In this document: positions 12,755 to 21,837 of the stretch, piece after piece
Layout: every line of letters begins with the position of its first letter
Numbering within the stretch: the first letter of the stretch is position 1
Assembly: GCF_000284455.1 (NCBI RefSeq)
Contig: NC_017039.1
Location: 1-32,000 of the forward strand
Source of the DNA: Synechocystis sp. PCC 6803 substr. PCC-P
GTDB lineage: Bacteria; Cyanobacteriota; Cyanobacteriia; Cyanobacteriales; Microcystaceae
Length of the DNA: 32,000 nucleotides
Reading direction: 5' to 3'
Program-made: the position numbers and the translations under genes
The notes under the pieces: generated by a model
Seen by the model: only the letters and a program-made list of their open reading frames with translations
The model's database searches: none
Told to the model about the DNA's origin: nothing

Positions 12755-13363
12755 GTGCAACCCAAGCAGAGGGCTGTCCCCATGAGCGTCGCCACTTCTC
12801 CGTTAACTCTCAGTGAAAGTCAAAATTTTATCCTCCCCGGTCGTCATAGTTGGGAAGATTTTAAGACGATTCAGGCGGCGATGGAACAACGGTCAGGGCT
12901 ACGTATCACCTATTTTGACGGAGTAATTGAGTTCATGACCCTGGGAGAGTACCACGAATCCATCAAAACCATAATCGGATTTTTGATTGAATATTATTTA
13001 TTCTCTCAGGGTATTGAATTTTTTCCAGTTGGTAGTGCAACCCGTGAATCGAGGGAGAAATCGGTATCGTTTGAGCCGGATGAATCCTACTACCTTGGTG
13101 AAAAAAAGGAGCATCCTGATTTGGCAATTGAGGTCAATGTCACCAGTGGCAGTCCAAGCAAACTAGCAAAGTATCAACGGCTGGGCATTCAAGAGGTTTG
13201 GCTGTGGCAGGACGGAAAATTTTCTATTTACTCCCTAGAAGGCGAGCATTACCAAGAAACTTCAACCAGCAAATTACTTCCAGGTTTAAATTTTGCGCTG
13301 CTAGAGGAATGCGTATTGATGCCCTCTCGACTAGAAGCAATCCAAAAGTTTACAGCTCGATAA
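12755..13363 (+). CDS. Uma2-family (DUF820) putative PD-(D/E)xK endonuclease
   Basis: The C-terminal block HPDLAIEVNVTSGSPSKLAKYQRLGIQEVWLW fits the Uma2 signature (PDLxIEV...K...Y...GIxEYW). The ORF-track start is GTG 12755, but ATG 12782 (MSVATSPL...) is the more likely start. Recalled as slr1315. Confidence 0.8.
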   Translation: MQPKQRAVPMSVATSPLTLSESQNFILPGRHSWEDFKTIQAAMEQRSGLRITYFDGVIEFMTLGEYHESIKTIIGFLIEYYLFSQGIEFFPVGSATRESREKSVSFEPDESYYLGEKKEHPDLAIEVNVTSGSPSKLAKYQRLGIQEVWLWQDGKFSIYSLEGEHYQETSTSKLLPGLNFALLEECVLMPSRLEAIQKFTAR

Positions 13364-13497
13364 AAATAAACAGCGATCGCCATGGACAAGGCAGGGAACT
13401 ATTCCGGTTGCCCCCTTTTATTGATAATCTTTCCTAGTAACTTCACTAAAGTAAAGAACGGAGTCGGGCAATTAGGTTAATCCCTACCTAAAGATCC

Positions 13498-14529
13498 GTG
13501 CCCTTTCTCCAATGCATTATGCGATCGTCCTTGTATTTTCGAGCTAAATCTCCCGGTTATCTTGCCTTGGGCCTTGTCCTGGGGGCAACGGTTTTATTCG
13601 CCTGTCTAATATCCAGTATTCTCCTGGGAGCGGCGGATATTAGTCCCCAAACAGTGTGGCAAGCCCTATTTCAATTTGACGGTTCCACTGACCATTTAAT
13701 TATTCGCACGGTACGTTTACCCAGGGCCATTCTGGCGATCGTGGTGGGAGCTTCCTTGGCTGTGGCCGGGGCCATTACCCAGGGTTTAACCCGTAATCCT
13801 CTGGCAGCTCCCGATATTCTGGGGGTTAATGTGGGTGCGTCCTTAGCGGTGGTTCTGGCCACATTTATTGGTGGCGATGGTAGTAACCAGTGGGCATTTG
13901 CCTTCATTGGAGCGGCGATCGCCGCTGTAGTTGTCTATGGCTTGGGAACCCTTGGCCGCAGTGGTCTCACCCCAATTAAATTGGTCATTGCGGGGGCGGC
14001 CCTGTCGTATTTTTTAGGCTCTTTGACCACCGGCATTCTCCTGCTCAATCAACGTACCCTAGACGATATTCGCTTTTGGTTGGCCGGCTCCCTAGGGGGA
14101 CAAGATTGGAATGGTTTAACGGCGGTTTTGCCCTACATCATGGTTGGTTTGGTCAGTTCCCTTAGTTTGGGTAGGCAATTAACCTTACTGACCTTTGGAG
14201 AAGAAGTGGCCCAGGGATTAGGCCTAAAAACGGCCTGGGTAAAATTGGGGGCGGCAACGGTTTTGGTGTTACTGGCGGGCAGTGCCGTCGCCCTGGCGGG
14301 GCCGATTGGCTTTGTCGGTTTAATTGTGCCCCACGTGGTTCGTTTTGGGGTCGGAGTGGATTATCGATGGATTTTACCCTACGCCATGGTGATGGGGGGA
14401 ATTTTTCTTTCTGTGGCTGACATGGCCGCCCGATTATTGATCAGCCCGCAAGAACTACCAGTGGGCATTATGACTGCTTTGGTGGGGGCACCTTTTTTTA
14501 TTTATCTTGCCCGCTCCCAAATTAAATAA
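13498..14529 (+). CDS. fecC: FecCD-family ferric-siderophore ABC transporter permease
   Basis: 343 aa and polytopic, with FecCD hallmarks (RLPRAILAIVVGASLAVAGAITQGLTRNPLAAPDILGVN; C-terminal ELPVGIMTALVGAPFFIYL). Start is GTG 13498 or ATG 13519. Recalled as slr1316. Confidence 0.9.
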   Translation: MPFLQCIMRSSLYFRAKSPGYLALGLVLGATVLFACLISSILLGAADISPQTVWQALFQFDGSTDHLIIRTVRLPRAILAIVVGASLAVAGAITQGLTRNPLAAPDILGVNVGASLAVVLATFIGGDGSNQWAFAFIGAAIAAVVVYGLGTLGRSGLTPIKLVIAGAALSYFLGSLTTGILLLNQRTLDDIRFWLAGSLGGQDWNGLTAVLPYIMVGLVSSLSLGRQLTLLTFGEEVAQGLGLKTAWVKLGAATVLVLLAGSAVALAGPIGFVGLIVPHVVRFGVGVDYRWILPYAMVMGGIFLSVADMAARLLISPQELPVGIMTALVGAPFFIYLARSQIK

Positions 14530-14580
14530 TCAAACCTAACGGGTCAACTCCAAAGACAACCCAAGGCCATTCCAGGCTAA

Positions 14581-15675
14581 TTGATTGAATCCCGAATTTT
14601 ATTAACTGTTTGTTCCATTTGTGCCATGTTTGCCCCTCGACCTTGGATTGTGGTCCGTCTCCGGTCTTTACCCCTATCGTTTCGCCTCGATCGCCATGTC
14701 CCCTTGGTAATGGGATTACTTACTGCTCTAGCATTATTACTATTTATTCTCAATATTAGTTGGGGGGAATATCCTGTCCCTCCCTTGGCGATGCTCCAGG
14801 CCATCTTTGGGCTATCTACCGATGCTGACCATGAATTTGTGGTGCGTACTCTGCGATTACCCCGGTCCTTGGTGGCATTGTTGGTGGGTATGGGTTTGGC
14901 GATCGCCGGAGGGATTTTGCAAGGCATTACCCGCAATCCTTTGGCAGCCCCTGAAATTATTGGTGTCAATGCGGGGGCTAGTTTGGTGGCGGTTACCTTC
15001 ATCGTTTTGCTACCGGGTATTTCTCCTTCCTTGCTGCCAGTGGCCGCTTTTTGCGGTGGTTTAACAGCGGCGATCGCCATTTATGTGCTGGCTTGGAATC
15101 AGGGCAGTGCCCCCGTCCGGTTAATTTTGGTGGGCATTGGCCTAGCCGCATTAGCCAGTTCCCTCACCAGTTTGATGGTCACCTTTGGGGAAATTAGCGT
15201 GGTTAGTCAGGCCCTAGTTTGGCTCACTGGTAGCGTCCATGGCCGGGGTTGGGAACATTTATTGCCCCTGCTACCTTGGCTAGCCTTGTTTATTCCCCTC
15301 TCCTTGGCATTGGCCCGGGAGTTGGACACCCTAAACCTAGGGGACAATCTAGCCCGAGGATTGGGTAGCCGGGTGGAATGGATGCGGGGTCTTTTACTAG
15401 TTTGCAGTGTGGCCCTAGCGGGTTCCTGTGTGGCCACCGCCGGCAATATTGGCTTTGTCGGTTTGATGGCTCCCCACCTGGCCCGCCATCTGGTAGGCCC
15501 CTCCCATGGGGGCATGATTCCCGTTGCGGCCCTAACTGGAGCCTGCATTACAGAACTGGCAGATTTAATTGGTAGAACCGTTTTTGCCCCGATAGAAATT
15601 CCCTGCGGAGTAATTACGGCGATCGTGGGCGCTCCCTATTTTCTCTGGCTCCTATACCGAAATCGGAATCAATAG
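14581..15675 (+). CDS. fecD: FecCD-family ferric-siderophore ABC transporter permease (second subunit)
   Basis: Paralogous to the previous gene (RLPRSLVALLVGMGLAIAGGILQGITRNPLAAPEIIGVN; EIPCGVITAIVGAPYFLWLL). The ORF-track start is TTG 14581, but ATG 14626 is more plausible. Recalled as slr1317. Confidence 0.9.
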   Translation: MIESRILLTVCSICAMFAPRPWIVVRLRSLPLSFRLDRHVPLVMGLLTALALLLFILNISWGEYPVPPLAMLQAIFGLSTDADHEFVVRTLRLPRSLVALLVGMGLAIAGGILQGITRNPLAAPEIIGVNAGASLVAVTFIVLLPGISPSLLPVAAFCGGLTAAIAIYVLAWNQGSAPVRLILVGIGLAALASSLTSLMVTFGEISVVSQALVWLTGSVHGRGWEHLLPLLPWLALFIPLSLALARELDTLNLGDNLARGLGSRVEWMRGLLLVCSVALAGSCVATAGNIGFVGLMAPHLARHLVGPSHGGMIPVAALTGACITELADLIGRTVFAPIEIPCGVITAIVGAPYFLWLLYRNRNQ

Positions 15676-15936
15676 CCCCATGACCTCATTTACTTGTTTT
15701 TAGATAACGGTTTCCCGGGGTGAATTACACTGCTCAGTTAGAAAGCAAAAATTTCTTACTATTCCTAATTATTCTTAACAATTAATAGCCACTACAGCAA
15801 TATTTGCAGGAAAAAGGAAGAATCCCCATGGCGACCAAGCATTTAACAGAGGACTATTCGGCATTAAAACCCATTTCCCTGTCCCCCAGTCCTCTACAAT
15901 AATCTCTAATCTTATTAGTAGTTAATCTTAATAACT

Positions 15937-16743
15937 ATGTTGGATGTTGCCACTCCCATTGCCCTCACTACCAGGAAGCTCAGCCTAGCCTACGATAGTC
16001 ACCTAATTATTCAAGGGCTCGATTTGGCAATTAACCAAGGGGAAATCACCACACTGGTGGGACCAAATGGCTGTGGCAAATCTACTCTCCTACGGGGCAT
16101 GGCACGACTACTCAAACCCCAGGGCGGCACCGTGTATTTAGAAGGAGAGGCGATCGCCCATCTGCCCACCAAAGAATTGGCCAAACGTCTGGGTATTTTG
16201 CCCCAAAGCCCCCCCGCCCCGGAAGGATTAACTGTCAGGGAACTGGTGGCCCAGGGCCGTTATCCCCATCAAAACTGGCTACAACAATGGTCAAAACAGG
16301 ATGAATTGAAAGTAGAAGAGGCGATCGCCACCACCGATTTGCATCAATTTGCCAACCGCCCTCTTGATAGCCTTTCGGGAGGCCAACGCCAGAGAGCCTG
16401 GATTGCCATGGCCCTGGCCCAAGACACTGAAATTTTATTGTTAGACGAACCCACCACCTATCTCGATCTAGCCCATCAAATTGAAGTTTTAGATTTACTC
16501 CATTGGCTGAACCGGGAAGCAGGACGCACCATTGTGATGGTATTGCACGACCTCAATTTGGCCTGTCGCTATAGTCATCGCTTGATTGCCCTACGGGATG
16601 GAAAACTACTGGCCCAAGGACGACCCCAGGCGATCGTCACCGAAGAACTAGTACGACAAGTTTTTGGACTGGAGAGCCGCATCATCGCCGATCCCGTCAC
16701 TGGCACCCCTCTCTGTGTACCCGTTAGCCGACACCTAAAATGA
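15937..16743 (+). CDS. fecE: Ferric-siderophore ABC transporter ATP-binding protein
   Basis: Walker [13 protein letters not shown] signature LSGGQRQR, Walker B ILLLDEPT and H-loop VLHD. Recalled as slr1318. Confidence 0.93.
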   Translation: MLDVATPIALTTRKLSLAYDSHLIIQGLDLAINQGEITTLVGPNGCGKSTLLRGMARLLKPQGGTVYLEGEAIAHLPTKELAKRLGILPQSPPAPEGLTVRELVAQGRYPHQNWLQQWSKQDELKVEEAIATTDLHQFANRPLDSLSGGQRQRAWIAMALAQDTEILLLDEPTTYLDLAHQIEVLDLLHWLNREAGRTIVMVLHDLNLACRYSHRLIALRDGKLLAQGRPQAIVTEELVRQVFGLESRIIADPVTGTPLCVPVSRHLK

Positions 16744-17687
16744 AAAGTAAACTAATAATTTTTACTTTCTGCCTGGTGCTATTTGGTTGTGCTAAACAAG
16801 TACCCGTTGAATTTTCCCCTGGGGAAACCATTCAATCAAACCTAACCCAGCGCACCATAGCCCACGCCATGGGCGTAACGGCAGTCCCCAATGAGCCACA
16901 GCGCATAGTGGTGTTGACCAATGAAGCAACAGATATGGTATTGGCCTTGGGAGTCACCCCGGTGGGGGCAGTTAAATCTTGGTCCGGAGATCCTTACTAC
17001 GAATATTTAGCAAAGGATATGCTTGGAGTCCCCATCGTGGGAGATGAAATGCAGCCTAACCTAGAGAAAATTGTCGCCTTACAGCCGGACTTGATTATCG
17101 GTAGTCGGTTGCGCCAGGGACAAATTTACAAGTCACTGAGTGCCATTGCCCCCACAGTTTTTTCAGAAACCATTGGTGAATCATGGCAAGATAACCTACG
17201 TCTTTATGGGCAGGCCCTTGACAGAGAAGCCGAAGCGGAGCAACTTTTGAACGATTGGGACACGCGTGTGGCCCAAATGCGTCAAAAACTAAGTGCAAAA
17301 GATTTAACAATTTCCCTCGTCCGATTTATGCCAAGGGGAGCCCGCATTTATTTACAAAATTCTTTCCCCGGTCAAATTTTGCAGGCAGTGGGTTTGGAAA
17401 GACCGGCGAGTCAAGCTAACCATGGCTTTGCTGAACATGTTTCCTTCGAGCAAATTCCCCAAATGGAAGCTGATGCACTGTTTTACTTCATCTATACCGG
17501 AGATAGCGGGGACCAAACCCCCGGCAGCATAACGAATCCTTGGTTAAACCATCCCCTATGGCAGCAGTTGGAGGTTGTTCAATCGGGTAAGGCCTACGCT
17601 GTTAGCGATGTGGTTTGGACCACTGCCGGAGGTATCCAAGCCGCCCACCTGCTACTAGATGATTTGGAACGACATTTAGAGCCTTAG
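16740..17687 (+). CDS. fecB: Periplasmic ferric-siderophore/dicitrate binding lipoprotein
   Basis: The start overlaps the fecE stop (ATGA at 16740-16743), suggesting translational coupling. It has a lipobox LFGC in [20 protein letters not shown] and a class-III PBP layout ([22 protein letters not shown]). Recalled as slr1319. Confidence 0.9.
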   Translation: MKSKLIIFTFCLVLFGCAKQVPVEFSPGETIQSNLTQRTIAHAMGVTAVPNEPQRIVVLTNEATDMVLALGVTPVGAVKSWSGDPYYEYLAKDMLGVPIVGDEMQPNLEKIVALQPDLIIGSRLRQGQIYKSLSAIAPTVFSETIGESWQDNLRLYGQALDREAEAEQLLNDWDTRVAQMRQKLSAKDLTISLVRFMPRGARIYLQNSFPGQILQAVGLERPASQANHGFAEHVSFEQIPQMEADALFYFIYTGDSGDQTPGSITNPWLNHPLWQQLEVVQSGKAYAVSDVVWTTAGGIQAAHLLLDDLERHLEP

Positions 17688-17711
17688 AACGTGTTTGGAA
17701 AGTTTTACTCC

Positions 17712-17758
17712 GCCCCCTAAATCTCCTCACTAAAGCTCCGGCAATACTAGGGGGCTTT
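17712..17758 (+). terminator. Candidate terminator hairpin downstream of fecB
   Basis: gcccccta (17712-17719) pairs perfectly with tagggggc (17748-17755) and is followed by TTT. The loop is long (28 nt), so this is weak. It lies in the convergent fecB/receptor spacer. Confidence 0.3.
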
Positions 17759-17768
17759 CATTCAGTTT

Positions 17769-17800
17769 CCCCCCAAAGTTGGGTGGGCAGGGGGGCTTTT
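17769..17800 (+). terminator. Candidate terminator hairpin (C6/G6 stem) in convergent spacer
   Basis: cccccc (17769-17774) pairs with gggggg (17790-17795) across a 15-nt loop, followed by cTTTT (17796-17800). It might act for either convergent gene. Confidence 0.35.
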
Positions 17801-17852
17801 AAAACAGGCTCTTAGCATGGGTTGCCCCCCAAAAAATTGAGGGGAAAGGCAT

Positions 17853-20393
17853 TTACCACTCAAATGCATAGCCAATGCGGAGAAATCGTCCCCGGGCGGC
17901 GGCATTACTCAACTCGTTGGGCTGGAGTTGGGACACCACCGGAAAGTAGTCAGTGTTTAACAAATTAGCAATGCCAATTTCCAGTTTCCCAGGGCCAACA
18001 TTGATCCTACTTATGTAGTCCAGGGTGACATAGCTACTGACGGGGAGCTGGCCAAAAACAGTGTTATTGCTAAACACATCACGATCGCCAGAATAGAGGA
18101 GTTGTAGCCGGTTTTGCCAACCGGGGGTGGTTTGGTGTTGTACATAGGCTGTGAGCTTCACCGGTGCAATGCGAAAACCATCGAGGGGAGTATAGTTGCC
18201 GGTGTTCAAGCGGTCAATTTCGCCGGCGGACAAGCTAAATGTGCCCCCCAACTGCCAACTTTCCCCCACCCGGGCATCCATGGTGGCTTCCACTCCATAA
18301 ACCCGTTCCGGTGCTCGCAAAATTTCCCCTGGAGCCGTGAAGGTCGTGCCCAAATCAGAGGAATTATAAAACCCCGCCAAAGAAAAGCGGAGATTTTGCC
18401 AATTGCCCCGCACACCAATTTCGTAATTGTTGACCCGCTGGGCTTCCGGTTGCAGAGTGGCTAGGGAAAAGCCCGCAGGGGCATTACGAAGCACTAGGCC
18501 CACGTCGGCTAGGGAAAAACCTTGGGCAAAGCTGGCAAACAAACTGATGTTATCGGTGACATCTACTACTCCCCCCAGGTTAAAAAGCGTTGCATCGTAG
18601 CTTAAGTCACCCCCTTGGACTGTATTGCCGCCCAGGGTAGTGAAATCATCCACCGACAGGCCCACTTGTTCATGGCGGATGCCCCCCAGTAGGGTGAGCC
18701 AATCGTTAGCCCGCCAGTTCAATTGGCCGAACAATCCCAGGCTGTCTTGGTTGAGAGATGGAACCCAAGTCCTTTTACCAGTATTGCGATAGCTTAAACC
18801 GCCACTGCTATCAAAAGTAACTGGATCAAAAATGTTCACTGGCTGAGCGGTACTTTCATTGTTGTAGTCCGCTCCCCACAGTAGGCGCAGATTTTTTTCT
18901 CCCGTTAGGGGGGTGTCCAGTTGTAGTCTGCCGCCCCACTCGGTGGAGTCAATTTCAGACTGAAAAATACTATTGCCCAAGCTAACGGAGGCTCGGCCGT
19001 CGAAAGGGAAAAACCTAGTCAGATAATCACGATAGTAGATTTGTCCCTTAAGGTTGCCATTGAGGACGTTACTGTGGCTGTAATCAAGGCTGACTACGGT
19101 GTTATTGCTGGTTTGGGGGGTATCAAGGTCCAGCCCGTCAATCGCTTGGGATCTCTGTCTACCGGCGATCGCCGTAATACTAGGATCAACGGTGAAATCA
19201 GTGTTTTGGGTGGCTTGAAAATGATTAATGGTAATTTGCAGGCGCTGTTCGTCAGTCATGTTGATGCCCAATTTACCCAAAACATTAAAGCTATCAGTGT
19301 CCGATACTCCTCCTTGGCCATTGGGATCGGGGGGAATGCGATTACCTAAGGCGTCAAAAAATCCCCCAACGGATTCATAGGATGCGGTGAAAGCGTAGTC
19401 AGCATAGTCAAGGGTTCCGCCCACATATTGTTCCACCATCCTCCCTAGGCTGTTGGATACACTGTCAAAATCGGTGTTGATGGCTAGGCGGGTGCTGGCT
19501 AGGAAGGGCTCAGGGGCAGGACCACGGGTGATGATGTTGATTACTCCTCCAGTGGCACCATCCCCGTAAATGGCCGTTGGCCCCTGGATCACTTCAATCC
19601 GTTCAATGGCACTGGGAGCAATGGTTTGCAAATCTCGGAAGGCATTACGGTTGGTGGTTTGGGGCACACCGTCAATCAAAACCAAAACGTTACGTCCTCG
19701 CAAAGCCTGGCCAAATTGACTGGCACTCCCGGTGCTGGGGGCTAAGCCTGGCACTAGTTGACCCAAAATATCCGCCAAGGAAGAGTAAACCTGGGTTTGT
19801 TGCTCAATTTCTGCCCGTTCAATTACCGTTACCGACCGGGGAATGTTAGCGATTTCCTCCTCTGTACGGGTGGCGGAAACCACAATTTGTAGGGCCTCAC
19901 TTTCCTCTATCTCGGCGGTTGTCCCGGCAACCCCTGGTCGAATCAGCAATTGTAACCCTTGCGAGTTAGGCTTTACTTCGGCTTCCGGTGGCCCATTTAC
20001 CCCCGTGATAGCTAAGCGCACTTGGTTATCGGTCATTTGGGTAACACTGACAAACGCAATGTCCGCAGTGGGGCTCACTTCTTCAAACCCCTGGCCCCCA
20101 GGTAAGGCCATCAAAGTATTGGGAAGATCAATAATTAAGGCATTGCCCACCGTTTGTAGGTTCGGAGAGGCGATCGCCCCTCCCGCTGTCACCAAAATAA
20201 TTTCTAACCCTGGCCCCGATGGCTCTAGACGCACTTCCTGCACTTGTACCAACGATGTCCCCTGATCCAGTTCCACTGTCACAGATGGGGATGGCTCACT
20301 AATAATTTCTTGAGCCCCCAGGGGCATAGCCATCGTTTCCATCACTATTCCAAGGGCGATCGTCCAGCCAAATCGTACTAATCTTGTTTTCAT
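17853..20393 (-). CDS. iutA: TonB-dependent ferric-siderophore outer-membrane receptor (IutA-like) with N-terminal extension
   Basis: Contains a plug (TonB-box-like LQIVVSATRTEEE; IERIEVIQGPTAIYGDGATGGVINIITR), a long beta-barrel and a terminal aromatic ...RIGYAFEW. I place the start at ATG 20393 (signal peptide MKTRLVRFGWTIALGIV...), preceded by GGAGG 7 nt upstream. The ORF-track GTG 20408 lies inside that SD. Recalled as sll1206. Confidence 0.9.
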   Translation of the reverse strand: MKTRLVRFGWTIALGIVMETMAMPLGAQEIISEPSPSVTVELDQGTSLVQVQEVRLEPSGPGLEIILVTAGGAIASPNLQTVGNALIIDLPNTLMALPGGQGFEEVSPTADIAFVSVTQMTDNQVRLAITGVNGPPEAEVKPNSQGLQLLIRPGVAGTTAEIEESEALQIVVSATRTEEEIANIPRSVTVIERAEIEQQTQVYSSLADILGQLVPGLAPSTGSASQFGQALRGRNVLVLIDGVPQTTNRNAFRDLQTIAPSAIERIEVIQGPTAIYGDGATGGVINIITRGPAPEPFLASTRLAINTDFDSVSNSLGRMVEQYVGGTLDYADYAFTASYESVGGFFDALGNRIPPDPNGQGGVSDTDSFNVLGKLGINMTDEQRLQITINHFQATQNTDFTVDPSITAIAGRQRSQAIDGLDLDTPQTSNNTVVSLDYSHSNVLNGNLKGQIYYRDYLTRFFPFDGRASVSLGNSIFQSEIDSTEWGGRLQLDTPLTGEKNLRLLWGADYNNESTAQPVNIFDPVTFDSSGGLSYRNTGKRTWVPSLNQDSLGLFGQLNWRANDWLTLLGGIRHEQVGLSVDDFTTLGGNTVQGGDLSYDATLFNLGGVVDVTDNISLFASFAQGFSLADVGLVLRNAPAGFSLATLQPEAQRVNNYEIGVRGNWQNLRFSLAGFYNSSDLGTTFTAPGEILRAPERVYGVEATMDARVGESWQLGGTFSLSAGEIDRLNTGNYTPLDGFRIAPVKLTAYVQHQTTPGWQNRLQLLYSGDRDVFSNNTVFGQLPVSSYVTLDYISRINVGPGKLEIGIANLLNTDYFPVVSQLQPNELSNAAARGRFLRIGYAFEW

Positions 20394-20480
20394 GTCACGT
20401 CCTCCCACACGTCAGTTACTTGTTGCAAATCTTTCTTGATTGGCTAGGAAAATTAGTGTAGATAGTTGTCTCTGGCCTTG

Positions 20481-20520
20481 TCTATCCAAAAAACGGTCAC
20501 GTTGATCCAAAAACGGACTT
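20481..20520 (-). promoter_or_regulatory. Tandem direct repeat (2 x 20 bp, core ATCCAAAAA(A)CGG[A/T]C), candidate PchR operator of the receptor promoter
   Basis: Plus strand reads tctATCCAAAAAACGGTCAC / gttgATCCAAAAACGGACtt, with CGG triplets 20 bp apart (20494 and 20514). The repeat lies between the AraC gene stop and the receptor start. A possible -10 TACACT (20460-20455, minus strand) puts the proximal repeat at the -35 position. Confidence 0.45.
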
Positions 20521-20526
20521 TGAGGC

Positions 20527-20558
20527 AAAAAAATCCCCGGCTAACGGGAGAAACTCCC
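20527..20558 (-). terminator. Candidate terminator of the pchR-like gene
   Basis: On the minus strand a GGGAG-uuu-CUCCC hairpin (20558-20546) and a short CCGGGGA element are followed by U7 (plus-strand A7 at 20527-20533). This is 57-88 nt after the regulator stop and just before the tandem repeats. Confidence 0.35.
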
Positions 20559-20614
20559 CTAATTTTCTTTGTTTGGGTAGATGGAAATCCTCTGGCTTTA
20601 ACCGGGAGAGACTA

Positions 20615-21595
20615 TCAATTACTCAGCATCCACTGTTTAGGGCTGACACCAAACTGTTTGCGAAACGCCGCGGAGAAGTGGCCTAAGTGGCTATAACCCA
20701 CGTTGTTAGCGACTTCGGCGACAGTGTAATTGCCCTGGGAGAGCAGATCTTTGGCCTGGTGAAGACGTTGTTGGGTCAGATAACCGATTACAGAGGTGCC
20801 AAACAGTTCCCGAAAACCACGGCGGAGGGTACGATCACATAACCCCACCTGCTGGGCCAACTCCAAAACGGAAGGAGGGCTTTCCAGTTGGGCAACTAGT
20901 CTGGCTCTCGCTTCGTAGATCTTCTCAATTGTTTTTGGTTTCAAAGTGCCAGAAAATGGAGAAGAATTTTGGTCGGCCATAATGCTATGCAATTGAAGGG
21001 CGAAAAGTTCAAACACCTTGGCTTGGAGAAAAAAACGTCGCGTCACTCCGTGAAATGGACATTGGAGCATCTGCTGAGCTACTGTCCGCATTTCAACCGT
21101 AATGGAGGGAAACCAAGCCATTTTCCACTCATCCTTTTTGAGTAAAGCTTGGCCTAGGGATAGGGATTGCCCAACTAAAAATTGTTCTAAAATTTGGGGT
21201 TCGAGGTGGACGTTAATGCCTTCTAGGTGGCCCAATTGGCCATACCGTGCCACATAACCAGGGGAAAGGCCACTCCCGGATACATAACCCTTCTTTGTCT
21301 CCAGAGTTGGATAGGTTTCCTCATAATCAACGGTCCCCGACAATAGGACGGTGAACTGTACTAAATGCTCGTGTACCGGTACTTTCAGTGCCCAGGGCCG
21401 GGTAAATTCCTTGTTGATCAAATCCAACCAAACCCCAGGGGAAAGTTCCAAGCAGCGGGTACGGCCATGGCCCAGGCAAGCGGGCAGCCAGCGAATGGTT
21501 TCAAAACTGTCAACTGGAGTGGTGGTGTAATACTCAGGTTCAAAGGGAATTTGACAAAGCTCATGGTAGTCGGACTCGGAAAGAAGTAGGGTCAT
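20615..21595 (-). CDS. pchR: AraC-family transcriptional regulator, PchR-like
   Basis: 326 aa with a C-terminal double HTH (LELAQQVGLCDRTLRRGFRELFGTSVIGYL...AEVANNVGYSHLGHFSAAFRKQFGVSPKQW). It is a close paralogue of the regulator at 27990-29030. Recalled as sll1205. Confidence 0.9.
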   Translation of the reverse strand: MTLLLSESDYHELCQIPFEPEYYTTTPVDSFETIRWLPACLGHGRTRCLELSPGVWLDLINKEFTRPWALKVPVHEHLVQFTVLLSGTVDYEETYPTLETKKGYVSGSGLSPGYVARYGQLGHLEGINVHLEPQILEQFLVGQSLSLGQALLKKDEWKMAWFPSITVEMRTVAQQMLQCPFHGVTRRFFLQAKVFELFALQLHSIMADQNSSPFSGTLKPKTIEKIYEARARLVAQLESPPSVLELAQQVGLCDRTLRRGFRELFGTSVIGYLTQQRLHQAKDLLSQGNYTVAEVANNVGYSHLGHFSAAFRKQFGVSPKQWMLSN

Positions 21596-21837
21596 GGGCA
21601 GATGGGAAGCTGAATAAGCTGAAGTAGATTGAAAGAATTGATCAATCTATTAGTCTACTCCTAATGCAAATTATTCCTAAATATTTGATGGGTTTAATTT
21701 ATTGAGCAAAGCCCTAACGGGCAAAATACCAGTGCAGTATATTTGTTGGAAAAATGTGCTGTGGCGATTGGGACAACCTTGTGGATTATCTCAATAACGA
21801 TGAGAGTTCAATGTCCCATAGGAGATGGTATTACTTG

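Noticed and set aside
14577-15080. 167-aa minus-strand ORF antisense to fecD, along with other long antisense ORFs in the track such as 13671-13907 and 15207-15548
   Set aside because: They are fully embedded opposite strongly supported FecCD permease genes. Their products are Ala/Pro/Arg/Gly-rich low-complexity sequence typical of the reverse frame of GC-rich membrane-protein genes. They have no ribosome-binding site or recognisable motif.
21607-21623. Tandem 9-bp repeat AAGCTGAAT/AAGCTGAAG just upstream of the pchR-like start codon
   Set aside because: It has only two short copies and is not found at the paralogous pcrR-like gene, so it could easily be chance. It is not reported as regulatory.
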